NCBI GenBank assembly: GCA_040954595.2
Contig: CM082593.2
Coordinates: 8,813,200 to 8,877,199 of the forward strand
DNA: 64,000 bases
Origin: Balanoglossus misakiensis
Lineage: Eukaryota > Animalia > Hemichordata
Direction of reading: 5' to 3'
Shown here in pieces: positions 26,753 through 39,455 of the stretch (the stretch's first letter is position 1; each line of letters opens with the position of its first letter). Both the position numbers and the translations under genes were made by a program. The notes below the pieces were generated by a model that worked only from the letters and a program-made list of their open reading frames with translations, was not told the origin of the DNA and ran no database searches.

Positions 26753-27784
26753 ATATTTTTGCTTGCTTATAAACGTACATGACAAGGTATAGTCTAGTTC
26801 TACCTCATACCCGGATCAATATGTGGGGAGGGGGGGGATGTATTGCCATAAACTGTAATTTTGACCAAGCTCTATGCGAATATCATTTCAAGATTTGTCA
26901 AACGTTTATACAATATTCAGTTATTAAGTGTCCTGGCGTAAACATGGTTTACTTAACTCCGGAATATTTGACGCAATTCTGGCATGTAGCGTTGTACGTA
27001 CCTTGGGGATAAAAAATTCAGACGGGAATAATATAAAGTTGCCTTGAACAATATATAAGAAAAAAACTAAAGACCTTAATTTTCGAGGCTGGTGTACCTC
27101 GAGCCAAATTATAACACACTGCGATATGTTCGCGACAATCTAGTATAGTCAGCGCCTGCCCCTTTCCACTGGTAACTTTGACCCAGTCAGGGAATTTGGT
27201 TGAAGTGACACTGCTGTAACAGAGAAAGTAGATGTAGTGGATTGTCATAGTTCATGGAATAACTCCTTACCACCGAATACTGCTGTAAGACAGGACGAAT
27301 TATTGAATCGTGGTTTCAAATTTAATTTTAATTGCATTTATTATTTTGAAAATATTGACTGGTTGAATATTGCAATAAAATTGCAAATATTACTGGTTAA
27401 AAAGAGTAAAGCCTCTTCCAATTATTTGACATCCGTTCACAAATGGAACGGATAAATATTATACGATCCCACCTGTTTTGACGTTCATGTTACTTATAGA
27501 GGGCGCACTCTATCAGACGTTCTGACTTTGTAAATACTACTTGAGCACTTTGTAAAGTTGTCGTTATTTATTACACATTTGGACATTGTAAAATATTTAA
27601 TTCTGTAGTTTTCTTCTTTCCTTTTATCATGACTTCGTGATTTTTGTAGTGATAATCATGGCAGTTATTTCGTATTGAGCAGTCCTACTAAATGATTCAA
27701 GTACTCATCGTGGTTATTATTTATGCTTTGCGGAAAAAATAAATATAAACCCATTCATATTTAATGTGATTTTATGTGATGTTT

Positions 27785-28056
27785 TCATTCATTCATTCAT
27801 TCATTCATTCATTCATTCATTCATTCATTCATTCATTCATTCATTCATTCATTCATTCATCCATCCATCCACCCACCCATCCATCCATCCATCCATCCAT
27901 ACGCATACATACATACATACACACACACATACATACATACATACATACATACATACATACATACATACATACATACATACATACATACATACATACATAC
28001 ATACATACATACATACATACATACATACATACATACATACATACATACATACATAC
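27785..28056. repeat. Compound microsatellite (ATTC)n(ATCC)n(ATAC)n
   Basis: Directly visible, just after the Wnt8 3' UTR AATAAA near 27738. Confidence 0.97.
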
Positions 28057-28137
28057 GAAGTACACGTATGCGGTTCGACTGGTCCGATCCAAAGTGCTCA
28101 ATACGAGAGTAGAGCGGAGTATAAAGAAGGGTAGTAG

Positions 28138-29380
28138 TAGTCTCGGTTACCCAGAGCCCTCTGCTTCTTCCGTTAGGCACTCCAGAAAGAGGGTCTGGGG
28201 AAACCCGGTAGACATATCGCCAGGCGGAATCGGGACAGCTGCGATGCATGACGGGAGATTAATATTCGATACGATATTATGATATGACGATATTAGAAAA
28301 CTATTTACCAAACTTCTCTCTCTCTTTTCAATTTGTATACTGTTTTAGCAGGTCTAGCACTTCTCACCATGTTTTCTTTATCGTATGTCATACGTCGGCC
28401 TAGTCTCGGTTACCCAGAGCCCTCTGCTTCTTTCGTTAGGCACTCCAGAAAGAGGGTCTGGGGAAACCCGGTAGACAAATCGCCAGGCGGAATTGGGACA
28501 GCTGCGATGCATGACGGGAGATTAATATTCGATACGATATTATGATATGACGATATTAGAAAACTATTTACCAAACTTCTCTCTCTCTTTTCAATTTGTA
28601 TACAGTTTTAGCAGGTCTAGCACTTCTCAGCATGTTTTCTTTATCGTTTGTCATACATGTCGGCCGTGAGGTTCGCGCGCAGGACGTCGCCATTTTGGAA
28701 TATTAATCTCCCGTCATGCATCGCAGCTGTCCCGATTCCGCCTGGCGATTAGTCTCGGTTACCCAGACGCCTTTGCTCTTCCGATGCTCTCCAGAAAAGG
28801 GTCTGGGGAAATGCTATTGAAAGCTTTGTAAAACAAAATGGCCGATGTCAGGATTTTGATCATCGCCTGATTGGCTGAGCTGTCAGTATGACCCGGGTCA
28901 CTGAATCTCGACAATGTGTGATTATTTGTCGTATCTTCATATCAAGAGACCGGTACTTGTTGGTTGATGCGAACGGCAAAAGGCGTCCTTTGTTAGCATT
29001 GTTGGAGAAATTATATGAAATATCTTTGGTAGACGATTGTCGAAACTATTGCAGTGACCCGGGTCATACTGACAGCTCAGCCAATCAGGCGATGATCAAA
29101 ATCCTGACATCGGCCATTTTGTTTTACAAAGCTTTCAATAGCATTTCCCCAGACCCTCTTTCTGGAGTGCCTAACGGAAGAAGCAGAGGGCTCTGGGTAA
29201 CCGAGACTAACGTCGGCCGTGAGGTTCGCGCGCAGGACGTCGCCATTTTGGAATATTAATCTCCCGTCATGCATCGCAGCTGTCCCGATTCCGCCTGGCG
29301 ATTTGTCTACCGGGTTTCCCCAGACCCTCTTTCTGGAGTGCCCAACGGAAGAAGAAGGGGGGTCTGGGTAACCGAGACTA
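28138..29380. mobile_element. Self-nested TAGTC-ended MITE cluster (AcademH-like)
   Basis: Outer element TAGTCTCGGTTACCCAG...CTGGGTAACCGAGACTA with 9-bp TSD GGGTAGTAG; inner unit 28401-29209 with 9-bp TSD ACGTCGGCC; a third left end at 28750. Confidence 0.85.
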
Positions 29381-29408
29381 GGGTAGTAGGAGAAACGGAA
29401 GGCGGTAA

Positions 29409-29459
29409 AATCTCTACAACGCTGTTTCGTGAGTCACTGGACTCACTCATCAGGAGACT
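29409..29459 (-). ncRNA. Minimal type I hammerhead ribozyme, second copy
   Basis: Reverse complement reads AGTCTC-CTGATGA-GTGAGTC-cagt-GACTCAC-GAA-ACAGCGTTGT-A-GAGATT. Confidence 0.85.
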
Positions 29460-29511
29460 AAACTGGCCAGTCATTGGACTCACTCATCAGGAGACTAAAC
29501 TGGCCAGTTTA

Positions 29512-30317
29512 GGGACCGTTCAGTTTTTACGGCCGAGGGGGGGGGGGGGCGGCGAGTTTGTGTCATCGGTTTTCAAAATCAGGTCGACCCCCCTTCACCC
29601 AGCACCAAAAAATGATGACCCCACCTTTGACAGACCCAAAAATATGATGACCCCCTCCACGCCGAAAACTTTCGCCGTCCTGATCCTATGTACACTGTAT
29701 GCAATAAAGGGAATGAGGCTCCTCACACCTCAATTATAAATTTCTTAAAGTAATTGAAGTATATAATAGTATATCGTTGCAATAAAGAAATCTATGAACA
29801 AAATAAATGACAAGTCAATACAATAGTTGCTAGAATTGGTAAAACAAGAAAAGTGGCGGGGTGGGCGTGGGAGGGGGTGTCCCCCTCCCACATGAGAAAA
29901 TTTTGTAAAATATGGTGCTCAAAGTTGCATTTTAATGAACTCAAAAGCAAATTAACTCAATGTTAGGCAGGGCAAATTTTAATTTTACCACTCCACTCAA
30001 AGTAAGCATCGGGGTGGGGTGGAAAGAAGTCTGCCCTGGTACACTAGACAAACCAGCAAAAAACGAAATGTGGCGGAGAATGAAGGGGTGGGTGTGGGAG
30101 GGGGTGCCCCCCTCCCACGTTAGAAAATTTTGTAAAGTAAAGGGCGCGAAACTGCAATTTTGTGGACTCAAAAGCAAAAGTTCGGTGGCAAAAGTATGTG
30201 ACCCCCCCTTAACGTTTAAAAAAAACAGATGACCTCCCCGCCTTTTGGACTTCAAAATTTAAGTGACCCTCCCCCTGGATTTTGCCGGCCCCCTCGCCGT
30301 AAAAACTGAACGGTCCC
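29512..30317. mobile_element. PIF/Harbinger-type MITE
   Basis: TTA|GGGACCGTTCAGTTTTTACGG ... CCGTAAAAACTGAACGGTCCC|TTA, 3-bp TTA TSD; partial copies at 2601-2991 and about 1973-2010. Confidence 0.8.
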
Positions 30318-30894
30318 TTAGTCTCCTGGCCAGTTTAGTCAAGTGCAGACACTGGTATACATCAGTCGTCAACAGAGACTGAAAATGCTACTGGTAATAC
30401 ATTAAATCCTCAAAGGGCTGTATTTGATGGTCTGTGGTTTACACTGATCAATTCAGTCACTCCTGGAAACATGGGAAAATTCCTCTCAACTTCATCTAAA
30501 TTTTCTAACATAATTATGCCATCATTATTGCAAAAATCAATTTCTAAATTCGAAAACAGTGAAAAATATAGCTGCAAGCACCAATGGCGGGGAACAAGCT
30601 GGAATGGTCATGTGAGGTCACCCGAAATTTGGGCGAACATTTTTGACCCCATACTGGTGCAGGTCCATCAGAAACCAATCCTTCAGCCCTATCGGTTCGC
30701 CTGGAATTAGGTATGCACACAATTAATGAGTTATGCAGTTGTACAGCTGACCTCAAAATTCGGCTTTTAATTTTAGTCCCATTCCTCCAAATGCTAAGGC
30801 TGTACCTGCTCTGGAGGCCGAGATATAAGAAAGTAGATCAAAGGTCACCTGAGGTCACCCAAAATTTGATGGAAAAAATGGACCCCATACTTGT

Positions 30895-33800
30895 TAGTCC
30901 ATGGGCCAGAGACCGAAACCCTCCCCCCCCCTGGGGAGTTTTGCAGACATATATTTTTGGAAAGCCTATTTATCCAGCTGTCAGAATCAGGTTGTTTGCA
31001 CTCATATTAATGGTGGGTGTGGCCGTGAGGAGCGGTTGTCATGGTAACGATAGCATAATTTTAGGGGTACTCATACAGTTAAAAAATGATATATTTCAGG
31101 ATCTGAGAAAGCTAGAGAAAAAATTTAAACATTGGGTCTTATAAAGTAGGGTACGGGCTATCCAATGATTACATGACCGACAAGGTCAGAGGTCAAGTTC
31201 ATCTTCAAAACGCGGGGTCAAAGTAAAAATTTCGCTATTTTTTGCATATCGATCATACATAGTTTCGATTTACTGGAAAACGGTTTGCTCGAGGAGGCTG
31301 TAAATTGGTCATCAGGTAGCATGGAACATTAGGTTTAAGAAAAATAAGCTGATTCACGTCTTTGATATTAAGTTATATTAAAATTCTGTTACCATAACGA
31401 CGGATAGCAAATTTTGCGAAAATCACAAAAATAAGAATCCTGCTATATCTTTGCTACCAATTAAGCTTTAGATAAAATTTAAACACTCAAACTTATATTG
31501 TAGGATGCGATCTTTTCATTGCTAACTTGATCTTTGGGGTTCAAGGTCAAGGTCATCCTCAAATTTCAGGTCAAAATGACAAAATGGACATTATGGATTT
31601 TTGTTCAAAATGACATTTTACGGCAAGCGTTTACTAAACACTGTTTGGGTCTAGAATGCTATAATTTGATCTCCAGATAGAGATGTGTATTGTTTACAAA
31701 GATTTAAATTTGTTTTGCTGTTTACATATACTTAATATGCAAAACCTGCTGTTTTAATGACAACAAAATGAATGGTAGGAATAGCAAGAGTACTCATACA
31801 GTTAAAATGAGATATTTCAGGTTCTGAGAAAGCTAGAGAAAAAATTTAAACATTCAGTATTATAAAGTAGGGTACGGGCTATCCAATGATTACATGACCG
31901 ACAAGGTCAGAGGTCAAGTTCATCTTCAAAACTTGGGGTCAAAGTGAAAATTTCGCTATTTTTTGCATATCGATCATACATAGTTTTGATTTACTGGAAA
32001 ACGGTTTGCTCGAGGAGGCTGTAAATTGGTCATCAGGTAGCATGGAACATTAGCTTTCAGAAAAATAGGCCTATTTTCGTCTTTGGTTGTAATTTATATT
32101 AAAATTCTGTAACCATAACGACGGATAGAAGATTTTGCGAAATTCCCCCAAATAAGAAACTTGCTATACATGTATCTTTGCTACCAATTAAGCTTTAGAT
32201 AAAATAAAAAAACTCAAACATATAATGTCGGGTGCGAGCTTTTGATTGTTAAATTGAACTTTGGGGTTCAAGGTCAAGGTCATCCTCAAATTTCGGGTCA
32301 AAGTGACAAAATGGGCATTATGGACTTTGTTCAAAATGACATTTTACGGCGAGTTTACAACACTGTTTGGATCTAGAATGCTACAATTTTGTGTATTTTG
32401 ATATATTAAATTTAAAGTTCAGGGTCACCTTCAAAAGATGGGGTCAAAATTCAATATCCCAACTCTAATTAGCGTTGCATATCTCCCCAGAAAAAAACGA
32501 ACCCTCTGACTTGGCCATACATTATTTTGTGTCATACACCATTTTAAAGTTAAGTTCTGAGAGTTTGAAAATGCTTGATGACATTTTCAATTCCCATGGC
32601 GAGCTGATGAATTCAAGATTTAGTAAAATTGGTATATTTCTTGAAATATGCGAACGTGCATTTGCAATTGCTATAAAGGGACATACATTATCAGCATGTT
32701 TTTACTGTAAAAATACTATATTCAACTTATATTGTGGCCATTCTATGGTATTTCAGTTTAAATATGTACAAAGTTTTATCATATTTAGCACATTCTTATC
32801 AAGATGATTTCTGTTGATATGACAAGTTGACATAAGTCTATTCATCTTGCCCCTCTATCAGACGCTGCAATTGCGTGTAGAACTAAGAACAATCCGTGTA
32901 TCTGCTTCTTCACTGTATCTTTTGCGACAACAAAAGTGGTGAAGTCTGGTCCTCCACTTACAATTCATTTCTGACCAATGTTGAGATCTACTTTTTTCAT
33001 TATGTGTAGCATTTTGCAAAATTTGCTTTGTTTTCCTGATTAGTGGTAAGCAAGAATGCCGTCCATTTTGTCGGAGCAATTAGATCAAGTATGATATGAT
33101 GTGCTGGTGCAACACTCACATCACGTGTTTGGCCTTTGATCCTTTGATCCTTTTGGCATCATAATTATCAATGATCATGTGTATTTGCGAATTATCAACA
33201 GAACCTAAAATTCGGCCTCTATTCTACATTATGTATTCCATAAATCCTATTGCTATATCGATAAAAGTGATTCTGTCTACAAGATTAGGACCAGACAGAG
33301 ACCGAATGGTCATCATAAACTATGGCATCGGCAGCCTCAATGCTAGTCTATCTGTCTCCTGGAAATGAATTTTAAGTCCATCATCTGAAAACAAACAGAG
33401 AGGAACGTTGGAATTTTCATTGACTCCGATGAGTGGCATCTTCTAACTTGTATTAACAGCAGGTAATCAAAGATAAACCGTCTTCTTCATTTTTGTCATG
33501 TTTTTACATTGCTGCAAGTCATACTATGATAGAAGCACTTACACGGTTTGTCAGGTTCTTCTTGTATAATTAGTTGCTCAGAAAAAAAACCCAGCCATTT
33601 CTTTTGATATTAATGTTGACATTTGCTTAAATGAGGGTCGGAAAGATCAAATGGGTCGACAAATACTCCACCTTGTAATTCTTAAAGCTTTACCACATCA
33701 GTATTCCATCTCTTAATGACTGCTTTTCCATATCGGATCTTATTTTGTTTACCAATACTGCATATTTATTTGTGAAATGTATCAGAGAACTTTGCAGTAA

Positions 33801-36185
33801 TCGGTCCACCCAAAACCACTTTTCAAGTGCTAAACCTCTCATCTTTAATCCTATGACACCACCAGCACCCTTTAGTGAATCGTCAGATAAGTTTGCCATG
33901 AAATCCCCTTCATTTAATGACTCTTGTACACTTTCGGGTATTCTATGCATCACCAGAATAAGTACTGACATGTATCTTGCATAGTCCGTTTTGATTGGCA
34001 CAAAACAACAGAGGTAATAATAGCTGATTCTTAGCAGTTTGGCAAATATCTCAATCACCATTTCTTAATGCACTTACATTTCTACCGGTGGGTAGAGTTT
34101 TAATGGCAGTAATACTCTACACAAAGTCATACCAAAAGTTAAAAGTTACTCCTCTCTTGTCTAAACTCAGCCATAAGCGGGAAATGATGTTCAATGATGT
34201 GTTCCACAAAATTGTGAACTATTTCCAAAAGTTCATTAGCAGGCTGGGAAGTCAAAAGATCACAATCCATCTCAGGCATTGACTGTGTTCCCTACCTTTA
34301 CACCATGATAAAAAGTTGTAGAACCTAGCGCTGGACGTTTCATCAGCAAGATGGAGGCCATGCAATGACAAACAACCGGAAAACATTTTCACATGAGCAA
34401 ACGTTTTTTTTTAAAAAAACGTAGCATTCATTTTGTATGATTATGAATGATTGTGATTTAAAAACATTGCTTTTGAGTATATAATGTGTCTTAAGTGTTT
34501 TTTCCCACAATTTCCGAAATATCTCTGTGCCTAAAACACAGATATTCGATCGGGTTGTGTGGACTATTGCCGCAGTGGCATCATGGGATAACGCATAAAT
34601 CAGCATGACTCACACTCCCACGGTCGCGTTTTTTATATAATAATATCCAGAAATAAAAGTGGCATCTTATTTAAATATTAATATCAAAATATACAAAATT
34701 ATAGCATTCTAGATCCCAACAGTGTAGTAAACTCGCCGTAAAATGTCATTTTGAACAAAGTCCATAATGCCCATGTTGTCACTTTGACCCGAAATTTGAG
34801 GATGACCTTGACCTTGAACCCCAAAGTTCAATTTAACAATCAAAAGCTCGCACCCGACATTATATGTTTGAGTTTTTAAATTTTATCTAAAGCTTAATTG
34901 GTAGCAAAGATATAGCAAGTTTCTTATTTGGGGGAATTTCGCAAAATCTTCTATCCGTCGTTATGGTTACAGAATTTTAATATAAATTACAACCAAAGAC
35001 GAAAATAGGCCTATTTTTCTGAAAGCTAATGTTCCATGCTACCTGATGACCAATTTACAGCCTCCTCGAGCAAACCGTTTTCCAGTAAATCAAAACTATG
35101 TATGATCGATATGCAAAAAAATAGCGAAATTTTCACTTTGACCCCAAGTTTTGAAGATGAACTTGACCTCTGACCTTGTCGGTCATGTAATCATTGGATA
35201 GCCCGTACCCTACTTTATAATACTGAATGTTTAAATTTTTTCTCTAGCTTTCTCAGAACCTGAAATATCTCATTTTAACTGTATGAGTACTCTTGCTATT
35301 CCTACCATTCATTTTGTTGTCATTAAAACAGCAGGTTTTGCATATTAAGTATATGTAAACAGCAAAACAAATTTAAATCTTTGTAAACAATACACATCTC
35401 TATCTGGAGATCAAATTATAGCATTCTAGACCCAAACAGTGTTTAGTAAACTCGCCGTAAATTGTCAGTTTGAACAAAAATCCATAATGTCCATTTTGTC
35501 ACTTTGACCTTAAATTTGAGGATGACCTTGACCTTGAACCCCAAAGTTCAAGTTAGCAATGAAAAGATCGCATCCGACAATATAAGTTTGAGTGTTTAAA
35601 TTTTATCTAAAGCTTAATTGGTAGCAAAGATATAGCAGGATTCTTATTTTTGTGATTTTCGCAAAATCTGCTATCCGTCGTTATGGTAACAGAATTTTAA
35701 TATAACTTAATATCAAAGACGTGAATCAGCTTATTTTTCTTAAACCTAATGTTCCATGCTACCTGATGACTAATTTACAGCCTCCTCGAGCAAACCGTTT
35801 TCCAGTAAATCGAAACTATGTATAATCGATATGCAAAAAATAGCGAAATTTTTACTTTGACCCCGCGTTTTGAAGATGAACTTGACCTCTGACCTTGTCG
35901 GTCATGTAATCATTGGATAGCACGTACCCTACTTTATAAGACCCAATGTTTAAATTTTTTCTCTAGCTTTCTCAGATCCTGAAATATATCATTTTTTAAC
36001 TGTATGAGTACCCCTAAAATTATGCTATCGTTACCATGACAACCGCTCCTCACGGCCACACCCACCATTAATATGAGTGCAAACAACCTGATTCTGACAG
36101 CTGGATAAATAGGCTTTCCAAAAATATATGTCTGCAAAACTCCCCAGGGGGGGGGGGAGGGTTTCGGTCTCTGGCCCATGGACTA
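30895..36185 (-). mobile_element. Decayed Academ DNA transposon with about 1.5-kb TIRs
   Basis: TAGTCCATGGGCCAGAGACC.../...GGTCTCTGGCCCATGGACTA, 3-bp TSD TGT; arms about 30895-32415 and 34670-36185; minus-strand remnants DYARYMSVLILVM...EGDF and EEADTRIVL resemble Academ transposase/XPG-like motifs. Confidence 0.85.
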
Positions 36186-36933
36186 TGTCCATGTCCAACA
36201 GAAACAAAACCTCTAGCCCTATTGGTAAGCCTAGAATTAGGTATGTACATAATTAGGTCAAAGGTCAAGGGGTAACAAGTACATGGGTATGCTTCATCCC
36301 ACCAAATATTAAGTCTGTAGGTCTAATTGTTACGTACTTATGAGCAATTTACGTTATATATAGTTCAAAGGTCACCGAGGTCACGTGACATTGCGACGAA
36401 ATGATTTAGTCCGATAATTGTACCTGTCCACCAAAAATCAGCTCCCTAGGTGTATTCGTTAGCATAGAAGTAGATATGTGTTTTTCAAGGTGGGTCAAAG
36501 GTCAAGGGGTCACTCGAAATTTGGCTTCTCATTTCAGCCCCATGCTGATCGCTGGCAAGCTGCAGTGAACACTGGCTGTCCAGGACCTTTGCATATAATA
36601 GACTGACACTGATATTGTTTATAAATAATTTATTATATATAAATAAAAGAGCATAAAATACATTTTATGTATATAATTGAATCGACTTGAAATTATTTCT
36701 AAATAAATTATCAGGACATAAATGGTTTGCAAATCTGTAGTTACATACATATATGTATGTTAAATAACGAATTTTGAACAAATAATATAGCTAAATAATA
36801 AGTTTACAATGGCACCCCACACCCTTTTACCAAGAACAGAAATTGTCTGGCCTCCCTAACTATAGCTTGAATTGATATAAGCAAGCTTTATTTTGCATAT
36901 ATAGTAACTGAGATTTTGTGTGTTTCATTACAG

Positions 36934-37104
36934 AGTGCAGAAAATGAAGATATTGAAATGCAAACTAATGGAGAGGGTATGCCTGATTTTAAAACCTTAA
37001 CTGCCAAATTTCACTTTGTTGACTTAACTGGTTCGGAAAGATTGAAAAGAACAGGTGCAACTGGTGACAGAGCAAAAGAAGGAATTTCTATCAACTGTGG
37101 ACTT
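36934..37104 (+). pseudogene. Isolated KIF21-like (kinesin-4) motor-domain exon
   Basis: AG/GT-bounded; TLTAKFHFVDLTGSERLKRTGATGDRAKEGISINCGL; switch II DLAGSE altered to DLTGSE; no other kinesin exons recognised in the window. Confidence 0.7.
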
Positions 37105-37127
37105 GTAATTTTCCATTTGATCATATA

Positions 37128-37319
37128 CTGTAAAGCCCTTTATTTTCGCGAGTTTAAATTTTCGCGATATCGAGAGAGGCCACTGTTTCGCGTTCTCTTA
37201 TTTCATTCACTGCATCGTTATCTTAAAAAAATTTTTACGTGACTTTTTATTTTCACGCTATTTTGGCTCTCGTGTATTTCGCGAAAATTTATTGCTCGCG
37301 AAAATAAAGTGTTTTACAG
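37128..37319. mobile_element. Tc1/mariner-type MITE
   Basis: TA|CTGTAAAGCCCTTTATTTTCGCGAG ... CGCGAAAATAAAGTGTTTTACAG|TA; fragment also near 12243. Confidence 0.65.
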
Positions 37320-38153
37320 TATTTTCTAAAAATTAACAGAGCATGGACAACAAGACTTTCTCTTTTAAATAGCTATCTGTCAATCCATGAAAGAATAGTG
37401 TCTGTCAACGTTTGATTTGTGAATCTCCATGTCATGATAACACTTGTGACATGATTACCTGGAAATAGAATAGGAATTGAGTCCTAAAAATAGATCACTA
37501 CAAATAGCCACCCTAAGTGATGTATTGGCAGGGATTTTTGCCAATTCTGACAATGATGTGATTATTTTGAGTGATGGACACTTGAAGAACTCCAGCTATG
37601 GGGACTTTCCAACTGAACCATATCAGAGTGATGATGAAAGTGACCAGTGACAGAGCATGAAGCAAAAACATCAAAGGAAACCCAACTGGAATAACATCAC
37701 CTGAAATACAAGGAATACAAGGATCCCTTGTTAGATATTTAAAAAACAAACATTTTTTAGGAATGCCAAATATGAGATGATTATGCCAGTTCAGAGTTTG
37801 CGGTTACGCAAAAAAGTTCATATATAACCCCTGAACCAGCATGCGGCAGCAAAATGTGCGGGTAAACCACAGTCGCGTGTATTTAAACCAAATAAATAAA
37901 ATAAAAATACTGTTGAATTAACGGACGTTTTATTTTGGAACTGCTCTGTGGAAATATTTGTCACTTTGCCACGCACGATGCCCGTCTTGTCACTTTGTGT
38001 CGTCTGCTTCATGTTTAATGCTCGATCCCGGCCACTCGTGTTTACATTCATCGTCGCCATGTTGATTCACGATCGTAATTTCTCTTTCTGACGCCGTTTC
38101 GTTAAGAAAATGACACTGATATGCCACAAAATTAATTGTTGATATAATATAAT

Positions 38154-38441
38154 AGCAATAATCCCCGCCTCAGTCGGGTATACGCTCGATTTGGGTACAA
38201 TTCGCTCCATATAGTCTCAAATTGTACCCAAATCTCGCATATACCCGCCTGCGGCGGGGGTTATTGCTTAAACACATGATGCTCGGGCAACATCACGATT
38301 TGAAGCCTGCCCTCGGGCTGGTGCTCTCTGACCACAATATTGATGATGCCCTGCGGCTCGGGCATCATCAATTTTATGGTCAGAGAGCACCATCCCTCGT
38401 GCAGGCTTCAAATCGTGATATTGCACTCGCTATCATGTGTT
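38154..38441. repeat. Two adjacent long hairpin palindromes (38154-38268, 38271-38441)
   Basis: AGCAATAATCCCCGCC.../...GGCGGGGGTTATTGCT and AACACATGAT.../...ATCATGTGTT. Confidence 0.8.
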
Positions 38442-39274
38442 ATTATTTAAATGTAGCTCAGAGGTTTTGTGACAGGTAGGACAGACTGGTTTTTAACAGT
38501 AACTGTTAAAACTTTCCATGTGAATTTGAAACTGATCATCAACCCATTCATTCACATGAAATGTCACTGTTATGATCATCATGAAAATTGCTGGCGAGGA
38601 ACCTGATGGGAGTGTACCCCATTCAAGACGGCATTGCTTAGCTTAAGTCTGTTTCAGTTAGTGATGAATTTATATGTAAAACTGGGATGAAAATGAAAAT
38701 ATTCTGGTAATTTTTCTTCCACTGACCTGGCATACGGCCGTGATACACCTTTATTCTTCTTTCACAAACCAATAGACCTATCTGTTCCCTTCCACATTCT
38801 ATTAAATTTAGCTCCAAAATGTCACAATACTAAGAATTAAACGCATGCATTTGAAAACTTGTTGCAAAACAATATCTTTTCCCAGGCATGTGTGAGACTT
38901 TATACCAGCATTTCTGACACCCATGGTTCGTTCAGAACATACTGGTACAAATGCATGGTGCATCGAGATTTAGCTTAAAGCAAAAACTGACATATCTGGT
39001 TAATATAAAGTAACTGAAATATTCCATCTGATCTCTTCACAGAATCCTTGATAAGTCTTCTATGAAGAGTGCTACTTTTAAAAAGTCTCCGTTCAGGGAA
39101 AAAGCAAGAAACTGAACACTGCTTAAAGCAGTATATGCAGGTACAAATAATTGAATCATATTTTTCTCCACGAAAGTGTTTAATGAATGGCATATAATGT
39201 TTACCTGAGCATATATGGTGTAAATGTTGTAGGCCGCTGCTAATTCCTGCACAGAACTCGATGCATTTAAATAC

Positions 39275-39455
39275 CTGTTATAGATTTAACGCGACGTGCA
39301 AGCAGTTTGGTCAGTCCTCCTGTGCCACATCCAACATCAAAGAGATTGTCGTCTGCATCCAACATGATCATACTCTCAATATCTTCCATGTTCACAATTG
39401 AATCGTCAGCTCTGATTTGGTCATATTTCGCCAATGCGCTATCGTCCTGATTCAT
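39275..39455 (-). pseudogene. First coding exon of a class I SAM-dependent methyltransferase; downstream exons not found
   Basis: MNQDD...NLFDVGCGTGGLTKLLARRVKSITG then a GT donor; motif I DxGCGxG; splice acceptor upstream of the ATG near 39503. Confidence 0.6.

Noticed and set aside
30713-31144. 143-aa ORF mirrored at 35934-36179
   Set aside because: Chance ORF in the Academ terminal inverted repeat
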